The notes beneath the pieces were generated by a model that saw nothing but the letters and a program-made list of their open reading frames with translations, ran no database searches and was not told where the DNA came from. Positions 31,222-40,841 of a stretch of DNA of 64,000 nucleotides are shown piece by piece. Positions within the stretch are counted from its first letter, which is position 1. Each line of letters starts with the position of its first letter. A program made the position numbers and the translations under genes. This DNA comes from a bacterium (GTDB taxonomy: Bacteria > Hinthialibacterota > Hinthialibacteria > Hinthialibacterales > Hinthialibacteraceae), in NCBI GenBank assembly GCA_963663405.2, contig CAXXSM010000023.1, positions 18,417 through 82,416 on the forward strand, read 5' to 3'.

Positions 31222-31254
31222 CCAGGGGAGTAAAAGCCTTGCCCTGGGTACCCG
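31222..31254. repeat. family 2 palindrome
   Basis: CCAGGGGAGTAAAAGCCTTGCCCTGGGTACCCG. Confidence 0.75.
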
Positions 31255-31370
31255 CTCATATAAAACGTGATTATGAAGGTGGTTTGGGATTATGTTAGGG
31301 TAGAGTGAAAAAAGGTATTGGATTAAGGATTTGTTAGTTGCTTATGGATACCCAGCCGAGAAGAATACGC

Positions 31371-31399
31371 TTGACGTATAGCGGATTTTTTGTTATTTT
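31371..31399 (+). promoter_or_regulatory. higBA promoter, probably leaderless
   Basis: TTGACG-N17-TATTTT ending 5 nt before the higB ATG; TACG..CGTA palindrome over the -35. Confidence 0.45.
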
Positions 31400-31404
31400 A
31401 AATT

Positions 31405-31689
31405 ATGATCCGGAGTTATCGCGATAAAAAAACAGAGCGCTTCGCGGATGGGGAAAGAGTTCAGCAATTTGAGCCGTTCCGCCGGCAAGCGGAAAAACGG
31501 CTTCGCCTCCTTGAAGCGGCAGTCACCTTAGATGATTTGCGTCATTTGCCAGGAAACCGTCTCGAAGCCCTCAAGGGTGATAGAAAGAGTCAGTACAGCG
31601 TTCGGATTAATGACCAGTGGCGCATCTGTTTCGAGTGGCCGGAAGGCGCAGACGGCCCTGAAAATGTGGAAATTGTGGATTATCACTGA
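31405..31689 (+). CDS. higB: HigB toxin (RelE superfamily)
   Basis: MIRSY, PGNRLEALKGDRKSQYSVRINDQWRICF, VEIVDYH. Confidence 0.95.
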   Translation: MIRSYRDKKTERFADGERVQQFEPFRRQAEKRLRLLEAAVTLDDLRHLPGNRLEALKGDRKSQYSVRINDQWRICFEWPEGADGPENVEIVDYH

Positions 31690-31702
31690 AAGGAGAATGA
31701 TT

Positions 31703-32017
31703 ATGGCGCGCACACCGATCCATCCTGGAGAAATTCTTGCCGATGAACTTAACGAACTTGGATTGAGCGCGGCGGGACTTGCGCGTCTTATTGATGTGCC
31801 TGCCAATCGAATCAGTCAGATTATTGCTGGAAAACGCAGTATTACCGCCGACACGGCTTTTCGCCTTGGACGTTACTTTAGAACATCGCCTGATTTATGG
31901 ATGAATCTTCAAAAAACATATGAACTGGATCTGGAACGGAGTAAAATTGGTCCGATCCTTGAACGGCTTCCACAACGGCCTTTCGCCAGCCAGATGGAGG
32001 AAGCGCAAGGTTTGTAA
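31703..32017 (+). CDS. higA: HigA antitoxin
   Basis: AGGAG RBS; PIHPGEIL, HTH, GKRSITADTAFRL, WMNLQKTYEL. Confidence 0.95.
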   Translation: MARTPIHPGEILADELNELGLSAAGLARLIDVPANRISQIIAGKRSITADTAFRLGRYFRTSPDLWMNLQKTYELDLERSKIGPILERLPQRPFASQMEEAQGL

Positions 32018-32019
32018 TA

Positions 32020-32126
32020 TAAGGGTTTATCATCTCTTTAATGGGCGCCGTTTAATTTCAGCGCGGAAATCGACTCGTATAGAACGAAGGATGTATTGGA
32101 ATTGGATTGGAGGAAATGAGATATGA
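32020..32126 (+). pseudogene. brnT: C-terminal remnant of a BrnT toxin
   Basis: RRLISARKSTRIERRMY matches the BrnT RIISAR..ER..Y tail; ATGA overlap with brnA; N-terminus missing. Confidence 0.7.
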
Positions 32127-32458
32127 AAAACGAAAAAATCATTCAATATACTTTTGATGAATTGGATCAGAAAAAAGAACGTGGAGAGTTCCCCGCAACT
32201 GATTGGAAGCGTTTGGAAACAATGTCTGATGAGGAACTGGAAAAATCAATTCAAGATGATCCGGATTCCAATCCTTCAATGTCTCCTGAACATTGGGCGG
32301 CGGGGCGTCTCGTCACTCGAAAAAAAGTCAATAAAGTCCCGATAAGCATACGGATCGATCCAGAGGTTTTATCGTGGTACAAAGCAAAAGGCCATGGGTA
32401 TCAGACTTTAATGGTGGATGTTTTACGGACGTATGCGAATGCTCATGATAAAACGTGA
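32123..32458 (+). CDS. brnA: BrnA antitoxin family protein
   Basis: TDWKRL, DDPD, KVPISIRIDPEVLSWYKAKGHGYQT. Confidence 0.9.
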   Translation: MKNEKIIQYTFDELDQKKERGEFPATDWKRLETMSDEELEKSIQDDPDSNPSMSPEHWAAGRLVTRKKVNKVPISIRIDPEVLSWYKAKGHGYQTLMVDVLRTYANAHDKT

Positions 32459-32553
32459 TTAGGAGGGTAGTTTGGGATTCTGTTAGGATAGAATATGGAA
32501 AGGTTCCGATGGGAATACCGGTATTTGCAATGGGCGTCCGCGCGTTGGCTTCG

Positions 32554-32753
32554 CTTTTCGTTAAATGGTGGGAGTTAAAGGTGGGCTACGCTTCGCTTTT
32601 AGCCCACCATACAAGACTAACAAGCGATTGTGCTTGACGTGTGGGTTGGTTAGGGTGGTTGAATGCCAGGGCAGAAAAAAGCCTTGCCCTGGGTACCCGC
32701 AGAAAAAAGTAAAAGCTCCGGCGCAAGCGCCGGTATTTACCCTGGGCGCCCGC
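32554..32753. repeat. cluster of family 1, family 2 and family 2 + 4 palindromes
   Basis: Family 1 at 32580-32612 (its left flank also recurs at 14611); family 2 at 32666-32700; partial family 2 with nested module at 32701-32753. Confidence 0.85.
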
Positions 32754-32807
32754 GCATGTGTGATTGTATTGAATATTTGTTTTACCAATCCTGTTCTGGG
32801 GAAGGGG

Positions 32808-33854
32808 TTATCCAAAATAGGTTTGGGATGTTGCGGCGGCGGTGATGTTTTCTTCCAGGTGTTTGAAATTCTGCATATCCGCGTTTACGACGTCGAGTCC
32901 ATGTTCGAGGGCGTAGATGTAGGCGCGTTGAAAGGGGCTGAGGGGAGTTTCTTTGAATTTTTTGTCGTAGACTTCATCGAACGCGGTGGGGTCTCCTTTT
33001 CCGGCTGAACTCATCGGCGCCAGATAGCGAACTGTTTTCATTCCGATCAGGCCGATTCCCGCGTCACGGGATTTATTTAAGATGTTCTGAAGTTTACTCA
33101 ATACCGGCGTGCCTTCTTCAAGGCTTTTTGTGTCCCAGTCGTACCATCCAGAGGGGGTAACGCCGATCATGGCGAGATCGTACCATCCTGTTTCGATCGC
33201 CGCTTCTAATGTTTTGGCGGCGTTCTTGTGTGTGCTTATGCCGAAATGGCCGACTTTTCCAGCGGATTTGGCATCGAGAAACGCTTGATAAATCTCTTCA
33301 CTTTGAATCACGGCTGGATTGTTGACCGCCATTAGATAGTAGGCGTCGACGTAATCGGTTTGGAGATCTTTTAGACTTGCGTTTAATAGTTTGGTCCAAA
33401 ATTTGGCCGCTGTTTTGGCCTGTTCGAGGGTGATCGATTCATCCGGTTTCACTCGAAGGGAGGCGAGGGGGGCTTTGGAAGCGACCCAGATTTCGTCTCT
33501 GTGCGCTTTCATGAATGGGGCCAGGGTTCGTTCGCTTTGTTTGTAATATATATCCGATCCGATATCGTAGTGATTGATTCCCACTTCGAAGGCGCGGTCA
33601 AGCAGCCGGACTCCTTTTCCACCAGCTAATGCGGCCCCGCAGCCAAAGACCAACCGGCTGGACATGAAGTTGGTCCGGCCCAGTTTACGGTATGTCATCG
33701 ATGACCGCTCGTTCCGGTGAATCAGAGTTGGCTCTTTGGGCGCGGTTTCCGCCTTTTGGATTGCCGCTGGAAAGAGGATGGAAGTACTTGCTATCGCTGA
33801 AAGTTTGGCGAATTCGCGTCTGTCCATAGAACCGAGGTTTTTGGTTTCGTTCAT
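32808..33854 (-). CDS. Tat-exported aldo/keto reductase family protein
   Basis: Twin-arginine motif DRREFAK; YRKLGRT, GINHYD, SLKDLQTDYVD, GKVGHFGISTH, GLIGMK. Confidence 0.85.
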   Translation of the reverse strand: MNETKNLGSMDRREFAKLSAIASTSILFPAAIQKAETAPKEPTLIHRNERSSMTYRKLGRTNFMSSRLVFGCGAALAGGKGVRLLDRAFEVGINHYDIGSDIYYKQSERTLAPFMKAHRDEIWVASKAPLASLRVKPDESITLEQAKTAAKFWTKLLNASLKDLQTDYVDAYYLMAVNNPAVIQSEEIYQAFLDAKSAGKVGHFGISTHKNAAKTLEAAIETGWYDLAMIGVTPSGWYDWDTKSLEEGTPVLSKLQNILNKSRDAGIGLIGMKTVRYLAPMSSAGKGDPTAFDEVYDKKFKETPLSPFQRAYIYALEHGLDVVNADMQNFKHLEENITAAATSQTYFG

Positions 33855-33911
33855 TTTGAACCCTTGAAAAACTGTATTCTCTTTGATTTTGTCTTCATTA
33901 TCATCTATCTC

Positions 33912-34841
33912 TTAGCCGTTGTCGAGTTGTTTCCATAGGATGATGGCGGCTCGAAGGGCCTGGCCTCGCTTTTCTACCGATGTCACACCTGCAAGACAAA
34001 ATCCTTTTTGGAAGATGATGTCGTAGTACGATCCCATATCACAGATGATCAATTCAACGCCGTTTATGGCTAGGCGTTCCACTTTTTTACCGTATTGTTT
34101 CGCATAGGCGGCGTATTGGTCTATGACAGACTGGATTGATTCTTGTGAATCCAGGCGGGAGAGAAAGACTGAAACGGGGCCGTTATCAATTTTGTACTGG
34201 GCTGTGTATGTGTTGCGCATGAAATCGAGTCCTAGCGCGTCGGTGAGGAAATATTGGATGGAATTTTGGATAAGACCGTCTTTGGGGAGGGCGTTCAGTC
34301 CCCAGACTGGTTCCCCGGTTTCCACGAGGAAATCCGTTGTTTGACGGGCTAAATCCAAACAGATTTGCCGGAGTTCAGGAGTATCATCCGAGGCGATGAT
34401 TTGGATGTAATATTGGCCTTTCCAGATGTAGCAATTTGCGCTCGATTGGTAGGCGGCGCGGCCGAAATCGAGAGGCGGCGCGTCGATTGATCGCTCTCCT
34501 GAAAACACGCCGAACGCGTTGGTCGGCGTTCCCATATTGTAAATCGAGAGATCGATGAAGTGGTCGTTTCGTCCGATTTTTTCGAAACTGGCGAACCATA
34601 ATTCGATTGCATCGAACGCGATATAGTATTCCGCGCGTCCGTTGATTTGTTCGTAGAGGTTCTCGGGTGTGAATCGCAGAACTCGATCGCTGAGAGTCCA
34701 TCCATTTGGAGTGAGAGCCGTTATACGTTCGGAAATGTTTTCACGCGTTGTTTTAGTTATGTCCTGATGGCCGCATGAGATGACGGTGTATAGGATTATG
34801 TGGATTGTGATGATGGTTGTTGTTTTGTTGATGGATTTCAT
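33912..34841 (-). CDS. putative lipoprotein, DUF6599-like
   Basis: Lipobox-like VISC; NLYEQINGRAEYY, IYNMGTPTNAFGVFS, WKGQYYIQI. Confidence 0.65.
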   Translation of the reverse strand: MKSINKTTTIITIHIILYTVISCGHQDITKTTRENISERITALTPNGWTLSDRVLRFTPENLYEQINGRAEYYIAFDAIELWFASFEKIGRNDHFIDLSIYNMGTPTNAFGVFSGERSIDAPPLDFGRAAYQSSANCYIWKGQYYIQIIASDDTPELRQICLDLARQTTDFLVETGEPVWGLNALPKDGLIQNSIQYFLTDALGLDFMRNTYTAQYKIDNGPVSVFLSRLDSQESIQSVIDQYAAYAKQYGKKVERLAINGVELIICDMGSYYDIIFQKGFCLAGVTSVEKRGQALRAAIILWKQLDNG

Positions 34842-35036
34842 TGTTTTGGACCGAAGATTCAATTTGGGTTTTGGATAGAATAATGGTTGGATTGGGGATT
34901 GGGAATGGCTTAAGGGGGAATATGCCAGGGCAGAAATGAAGAGGGAAGGGAATCTTCGGCAAACTCGCATAGTATTAATTGGTAAAGTTTTTTTTGGTTG
35001 GCGTATATTTTTAATTCCGGATTCCATTTATTTTTG

Positions 35037-35125
35037 TAAAATCGCGGGATGGATATATATAAAATCGCGGATTGGATTTTTATAAAAACGCGGGTATAAT
35101 TTTGTGAAAAACGCGGATTGGGTTA
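35037..35125 (+). repeat. four 23-bp tandem repeats upstream of the AAA_14 gene
   Basis: Core AAAAWCGCGG recurs in units starting at 35037, 35060, 35083 and 35106. Confidence 0.75.
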
Positions 35126-35133
35126 CGTGTTCT

Positions 35134-36390
35134 GTGAAAACAATTTATCCACGATGGCAGATGAGGCAAGTTGAACGCGCGCTCAAGACAAGGCGTGTCG
35201 TGCTTTTGTCTGGCCCCAGGCAATGCGGGAAAACAACGTTAGCCAAACTTCTTGTCTCGAATGAGCGGGCATATCGGACGCTTGATGATCCGGCATTGAA
35301 ACAACTTGCGGAAAATGATCCGAGTGGTTTTGTCCGGCACACCGGTAAATGCCTAATCATCGATGAAATTCAGCATGTACCCAATCTGATTCCCGCCATT
35401 AAAATGATTGTTGATGAGGATACAAGACCGGGTCAGTATCTATTGACGGGTTCGGCTCAGATTACGTCTTTGCCTGGCGTGCGAGAGTCTCTGGCAGGCC
35501 GGATCAGGAAGATACGATTGCGCCCTTTATCACAAGGAGAATTGAAAAAACATGAGCCCACTTTTTTAGAACGGGCTTTCAAAGGTGTTTTCTCTGAAAA
35601 CGTATCACAAGAACTGACCCGAAAGAGGATCATTGAGACTGCTTTTTGCGGTGGATTTCCCGAAGCGATAAGACTTGATGCCCATGAGCGGCGCGAGTGG
35701 CACAAGGATTATATCGATGCGCTTCTGGAGCGGGATTTAAAAGAAATCGCGCGTATTCAACGCCGGGACGCCATGCGAGAATTAATTGCCGTAGCCGCCG
35801 CGTGGACCGGAAAATTCATGGATATTTCCGCAATTGGATCTGGTCTTTCTATCCGGAGACCGACGATTGAATCCTATCTAAATGCGCTTGAGGCTCTTTT
35901 TATTGTTGAACGAGTTAAACCATGGACGCGAACGGATTACGAACGAGTGGGGAAACAGGATAAACTGTTTATGACGGATAGCGGCCTTATGACATCCATT
36001 CTTGGATGGAGAGACGATCAAGTCGAACTAGATCCGGATCGATCGGGAAAACTGATTGAAACATTCATGTTCAATGAAATCGCCGCTCAGGTTGACGCTG
36101 GTGGCGGCGAATATCAGTTGTTTCATTATCGTGATCGGGAAAAGCGGGAAATCGACTTTCTCATCGAACGTGAAGATCGAGCGTTACTTGGTATTGAAAT
36201 AAAAGCGGGTTCGAATATTAGGAAACAAGATTTTCGGCATATAAGGTGGTTTCAGGATCACATCGCTAAGGATAGGCCGTTCACCGGTGTTGTTTTATAT
36301 GCTGGGGAACAAGCAGGCGTTATGGGGGATAATCTCTGGGCGGTTCCGTATTCCAATCTTTTGTTTCCCTCTGATCCGAATTCGTTTTAG
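35134..36390 (+). CDS. AAA_14 + DUF4143 ATP-binding protein
   Basis: GPRQCGKTT, IIDEIQ, LLTGS, ESLAGR, GGFPEA, DSGL, REIDFLIE, IEIKAG; start approximate. Confidence 0.9.
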   Translation: MKTIYPRWQMRQVERALKTRRVVLLSGPRQCGKTTLAKLLVSNERAYRTLDDPALKQLAENDPSGFVRHTGKCLIIDEIQHVPNLIPAIKMIVDEDTRPGQYLLTGSAQITSLPGVRESLAGRIRKIRLRPLSQGELKKHEPTFLERAFKGVFSENVSQELTRKRIIETAFCGGFPEAIRLDAHERREWHKDYIDALLERDLKEIARIQRRDAMRELIAVAAAWTGKFMDISAIGSGLSIRRPTIESYLNALEALFIVERVKPWTRTDYERVGKQDKLFMTDSGLMTSILGWRDDQVELDPDRSGKLIETFMFNEIAAQVDAGGGEYQLFHYRDREKREIDFLIEREDRALLGIEIKAGSNIRKQDFRHIRWFQDHIAKDRPFTGVVLYAGEQAGVMGDNLWAVPYSNLLFPSDPNSF

Positions 36391-36399
36391 GGATTGATG

Positions 36400-36445
36400 C
36401 CAGGACAGAAAAAAGCCTTGTCCTGGGTACCCGCGCCCGCGCTCC
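36400..36445. repeat. family 2 palindrome with a compensatory change, plus a family 3 half
   Basis: CCAGGACA...TGTCCTGG in place of CCAGGGCA...TGCCCTGG. Confidence 0.8.
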
Positions 36446-36465
36446 ATAAATGAAAAAAGGGAAAA

Positions 36466-36507
36466 ATGAAAAAAGCGGAGCTGAAAAGCCGGGGGACTCA
36501 GCTCCGC
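36466..36507 (-). terminator. intrinsic terminator of glnA
   Basis: GCGGAGCTGA/TCAGCTCCGC stem followed by a T-run on the minus strand. Confidence 0.75.
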
Positions 36508-36567
36508 CAGAAGGAGAGAAATAGTTTTCAGTACGCGAATGTGAGACGTACGAAAACTGATTTCTCC

Positions 36568-37983
36568 TTAGCAGTCGTAGTATAAGAAAAATTCGTAGGG
36601 ATGCGGGCGAAGACGAACGGGATCGATTTCGTTTTCGGTTTTGTAGTCAATCCAGGTGTCGATGACGTCTTGTGTGAAGACATCGCCCTGGAGGAGGAAA
36701 TCGTGATCTTTTTTGAGCGCTTCGATCGCGCCTTCCAATGAACCGGGGACTTGTGGGATCTGGGCGAGTTCTTCCGGTGGCAGATCGTATAAATCTTTGT
36801 CAAGTGGATCGCCTGGATCGATTTTATTCAAAATGCCGTCCATTCCCGCCATCGCGATTGCGGAGAACGCGAAATAGCCGTTGCAGGAAGGATCGGGGCA
36901 ACGGAATTCGACGCGTTTCGCTTTGGGGCTGGGGGAATACATTGGAATCCGGACCGCCGCGCTGCGGTTTCGTTGTGAGTACGCTAGATTGACCGGTGCT
37001 TCGTAACCGGGAACCAACCGTTTGTAGGAGTTGGTTGTGGGGGCGCAGAAGGCGATCAGCGCGTCCGCGTGTTTTAAAATTCCACCGATATAATAGAGCG
37101 CTTCCTGGGAAAGACCCGCGTATTTATCGCCTGCGAAGAGGGGGGTGTCGCCTTTCCACAAACTGGAATGGACGTGCATGCCGGAGCCATTGTCGGAAAA
37201 GATCGGTTTTGGCATAAATGTGGCGGTTTTGCCATGTTTCCGGGCGATGTTTTTGACGACGTATTTGTACATCATCAATTGATCGGCCATTTCGACGATC
37301 GGAGAGAACCGCATATCGATTTCGCACTGTCCAGCGGTTCCGACCTCATGGTGATGCGCTTCAATATCTACGCCAAGTTCGATCAAAGTCGCGACCATCT
37401 CTGAGCGGATGTCTTGGAGGGTGTCGACGGGTGGAACGGGGAAATAGCCTTCTTTGTGGCGGGGACGGTGTCCGAGGTTTCCGCCTTCCACATCGGCGTC
37501 GGAATTCCAAATTCCTTCAACGGAATCAATTTCGTACATGCCATAATGGGCGGTCTGACCGTAGCGGGCGCTGTCGAAAATAAAGAATTCCGCTTCGGGG
37601 CCAAAGTAAATCTGGTCAGCGATGCCTGTGGACCTGATGTATTCCAAACATTTTAGGGCCACATTGCGGGGATCGCGGGTGTACCGTTGTTTGGTGATCG
37701 GATCAAGAATTGAACAGGTCAGTGAGAGGGTGGGGATTTCCATGAACGGATCGACGAACGCTGTGGTCGGATCGGGCAGGATTAACATGTCACTTTCGTT
37801 GATCGCCTGCCATCCGCGGATACTTGAACCGTCGAATCCGAAACCTTCTTCAAATGAATCCTCTTCCAGACAGTGTTGAGGAACGGTGAAGTGCTGCCAT
37901 GTTCCTGGGAAATCCTGAAATTTGAAGTCAACGAACTGGATCGACTTCTCTTTAATCATGCTGAGTACTTCTTTTGGTGTCAT
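36568..37983 (-). CDS. glnA: glutamine synthetase type I
   Basis: [50 protein letters not shown], adenylylation site KDLYDL. Confidence 0.98.
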   Translation of the reverse strand: MTPKEVLSMIKEKSIQFVDFKFQDFPGTWQHFTVPQHCLEEDSFEEGFGFDGSSIRGWQAINESDMLILPDPTTAFVDPFMEIPTLSLTCSILDPITKQRYTRDPRNVALKCLEYIRSTGIADQIYFGPEAEFFIFDSARYGQTAHYGMYEIDSVEGIWNSDADVEGGNLGHRPRHKEGYFPVPPVDTLQDIRSEMVATLIELGVDIEAHHHEVGTAGQCEIDMRFSPIVEMADQLMMYKYVVKNIARKHGKTATFMPKPIFSDNGSGMHVHSSLWKGDTPLFAGDKYAGLSQEALYYIGGILKHADALIAFCAPTTNSYKRLVPGYEAPVNLAYSQRNRSAAVRIPMYSPSPKAKRVEFRCPDPSCNGYFAFSAIAMAGMDGILNKIDPGDPLDKDLYDLPPEELAQIPQVPGSLEGAIEALKKDHDFLLQGDVFTQDVIDTWIDYKTENEIDPVRLRPHPYEFFLYYDC

Positions 37984-38337
37984 TTTTCTCTCCTTCGGCT
38001 TACATAGAATGGATTGGGTTTAATAAGATTTAATCGCTTTCAAAATCAATAGATACGCATACATCTCCGAGGGATGTCATTCTCAGAATTCATCAGAAGA
38101 ATTCTATCCATGTAACAACATAAGGTGGATAAATGATAATCCGCTCGTACGGCGATAATCAGAGACCCCGGCTTCGTAGGCGTCTAAGGCGAAACGGTGA
38201 TAGGTCATATTCCCAACACGTCACTCCATGATGAAGATGTTAATCCAAGATGCGTGTTTAAACAATGGAGTTTATATAGGATACCTTTAACCGTAACGTC
38301 ATCTATAGTTTGGAATGTTCTTTCGTTCTTTTTTCTA

Positions 38338-38353
38338 TGCAGATAATGTGCCA
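38338..38353 (-). promoter_or_regulatory. sigma-54 promoter of glnA
   Basis: TGGCACATTATCTGCA on the minus strand: exact GG-N10-GC. Confidence 0.75.
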
Positions 38354-38425
38354 GATTTTTATATTTCTATAACGTGTTCATTCTATTGGTTTTATATAGA
38401 ATCGTCGAAAATGACTCTTTTAAAT

Positions 38426-38462
38426 TGTTCAATTGTAGACATTGAGTGTTGTTAATTGAACA
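38426..38462. promoter_or_regulatory. two tandem TGT-N10-ACA enhancer (UAS) sites
   Basis: TGTTCAATTGTAGACA at 38426-38441 and TGTTGTTAATTGAACA at 38447-38462, about 75-110 bp upstream of the -24 element. Confidence 0.55.
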
Positions 38463-38915
38463 GTATATTGTTACAAAAATGTAAGAAGGAGATTGTTTGT
38501 AGGATTAAAAACAAGAGATTTTGAGGAAGGAGAGATGAGAGTAGATAATGACCATTCAAGAAAATATTTTAAGAGATTCATTTGAAATTATTCCTCGTTC
38601 TTTCAATTCATACCTTGAAGAAAAGTAAAAATTAATATTAAATATTATTATCTAATATTAATATTTTGTTTAAATAGAGTAATAAAGAATTGCTTTTTCA
38701 ATATTCGATGAAGATTTTTTGGAAAAGAAAATGTATTCAATGAATTCTTTGAAGAAGATTGAAAAAGGTAATTTTTCTTTTTGTGTTCTCGCGTTTTATA
38801 AATGAGAGAGAGTATGAATTATTGCATTAAGAGGTATTCACGGAATTGACGCTTATAAAAGTTCTGTTATTTTATATCCATCACTTTCACAGAGGAAAAA
38901 AGAGTGTAAAATTTC

Positions 38916-38945
38916 TTGACAGAGTTTTTATTTTCGTGCTATACT
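38916..38945 (+). promoter_or_regulatory. sigma-70-type promoter of the enhancer-binding protein gene
   Basis: TTGACA-N18-TATACT with an extended -10 TG. Confidence 0.5.
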
Positions 38946-39101
38946 AAATCGTGAATTATTTTTTTCAATACAGAAAGATGTTTAGCAAAATCGTTTTTAT
39001 TGTTCTACAATTGGGTATTGATTGATCGATTGTTTTTTTAATTGACTTGTTATTACTCGCTTGTTGAATGGACTGCTGAGGATTGGGAGAATAACCCGAT
39101 T

Positions 39102-40119
39102 ATGACTCGTCGAAGAATCACATTCAGTCAAATCGTCTGCCGGAATCCCCGGATGGAGCAAATTGTCCGTACTGCTGAACGGATCGCGAATTCGGATACG
39201 ATGGTTCTGATTACCGGCGAAAATGGATGCGGAAAGGAAACGCTGATTCAAGCGATTCATCACGCCAGCGACCGGAGTGAGGGGCGGTTTGTTTCCGTGA
39301 ATTGCGCGGCTCTTCCTGATACTTTGCTCGAAACGGAATTGTTTGGACATGAGAAAGGCGCGTTTACGGGCGCCGTCTATTCCCGGAAAGGAAAGTTCGA
39401 GCAGGCGCAGGGAGGCACCTTGTTTCTGGATGAAATCGGAGAGATGAGCATGACCACGCAGGCCAAGCTGCTGCGGGTTCTTGAAGAAGGAGTGACGGAA
39501 CGTATCGGGGGCAACGAATCGATCCCGTTGGATGTCCGGATTTTAACCGCTGGGAATCAGAATTTCCATCGTCAGGTGATTGATGGCTCATTCCGGCAGG
39601 ATTTATATTATCGTTTGAAGGAAGTGCAGTTGGATATCCCGCCGCTGCGCGAACGGAAGGAAGATATTCCGCTTCTCGTCGATCATTTTATAAAGATATA
39701 TAACAAACAGTATCATAAGAATATTACGGGCGTATCGGATGCGGCGCTGCAGTTTCTCCGCCGTCATGATTGGCCGGGGAATGTTCGCGAGCTGCATCAT
39801 GTGATCAAATGCGCGGTATTGATGAATGACACGCAGGATATGGTCTGGCTTGAACATATTCCCCTTGATATTCATTTGGCGGAATCGGCGAAAATGGCGG
39901 AGGAGAAGGCGGATACAAAAGCCGATGAGCTGCTGGAGATTCTCACTCTGGATGAGGCGGAAAAACGTCATATTTTAAGAATTTTGGAATTTACCCGGTT
40001 TAAACAAGAGTCAAGCGGCCAATATTTTAAAAATCTCACGGCCGACTCTGGACCGGAAAATTGAGAAATATCAGCTGCATGGTATTAAAGTGCAGGAAAA
40101 ACCTCCGAAAACAAAATAA
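39102..40119 (+). CDS. sigma-54 enhancer-binding protein lacking a sensory domain (frameshift near 40000, before the HTH)
   Basis: GENGCGKE, ELFGHEKGAFTGA, LFLDEIGE, FRQDLYYRL, WPGNVREL; Fis-type HTH NKSQAANILKISRPTLDRKI lies in the shifted frame. Confidence 0.9.
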
Positions 40120-40841
40120 TAAGCGGCGTTGGATTTTTATAAATACTGCCTAAGGAGAAGCGCCCATAACTTGACAGAGGACCAGCTCCCACGATACCTT
40201 TCGTAAGTGTGGTTATGAAGAAAGGGAGTTCCACAGAAAATCGATCGAATACTAAATGTAATTAAAATTATTTCTGGCAAAGGAAAATGAACCGCGGCGG
40301 GATTTGCGGATATGATTCTTTGTGAGGCGTATGGAAATCGTATTCTTTCGTAGGGCTCATATTTCTCATTTCACATGTCCTATGGGATGTGAGAGGATCT
40401 AAGGAAAATCTAACAAATAAGGGCGAAGCGGCTGATTATACGGATCGAAATAATCGATTTTTAGTGAAGGGCGCTTATCCAGTTTTTACTTTGCGAAGGC
40501 GCCAGGAATTACAGTACTATCAAAACGTTTCTTCCGTTCTATTCATAATGGAATTCTATTTTCCAGGTCATTTTTTCTTTTTTTTCTACTCGCATTGATT
40601 CAAGGAGAAAACAACGCTGTTGACCTTAATCCAGCCGGACCAAAATGGTATGATTTTTGTGCGATGCGGCGTCCAATAAAGCCCTGCAAGGCGAAGTTTA
40701 GACATATCTTATTATGAATAGTATTTCCGCACGGATATCTTAAAGAGGATTTAATTTTTTGCCGTTCCGCCCTATAAAACTTTTGGGTCCACTGACACGT
40801 TATTATAGAGAGAAGAACCAATCACGGCAGCGAGGTGTATC

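Noticed and set aside
32561-33008. ORFs built from REP sequences (also 1306-1557, 1631-1831, 4653-4886)
   Set aside because: Translations of palindromic repeat clusters; no RBS or domain support.
37984-38330. Glutamine riboswitch (glnA motif) in the glnA leader
   Set aside because: The conserved core was not recognisable by eye; an Rfam scan would be needed.
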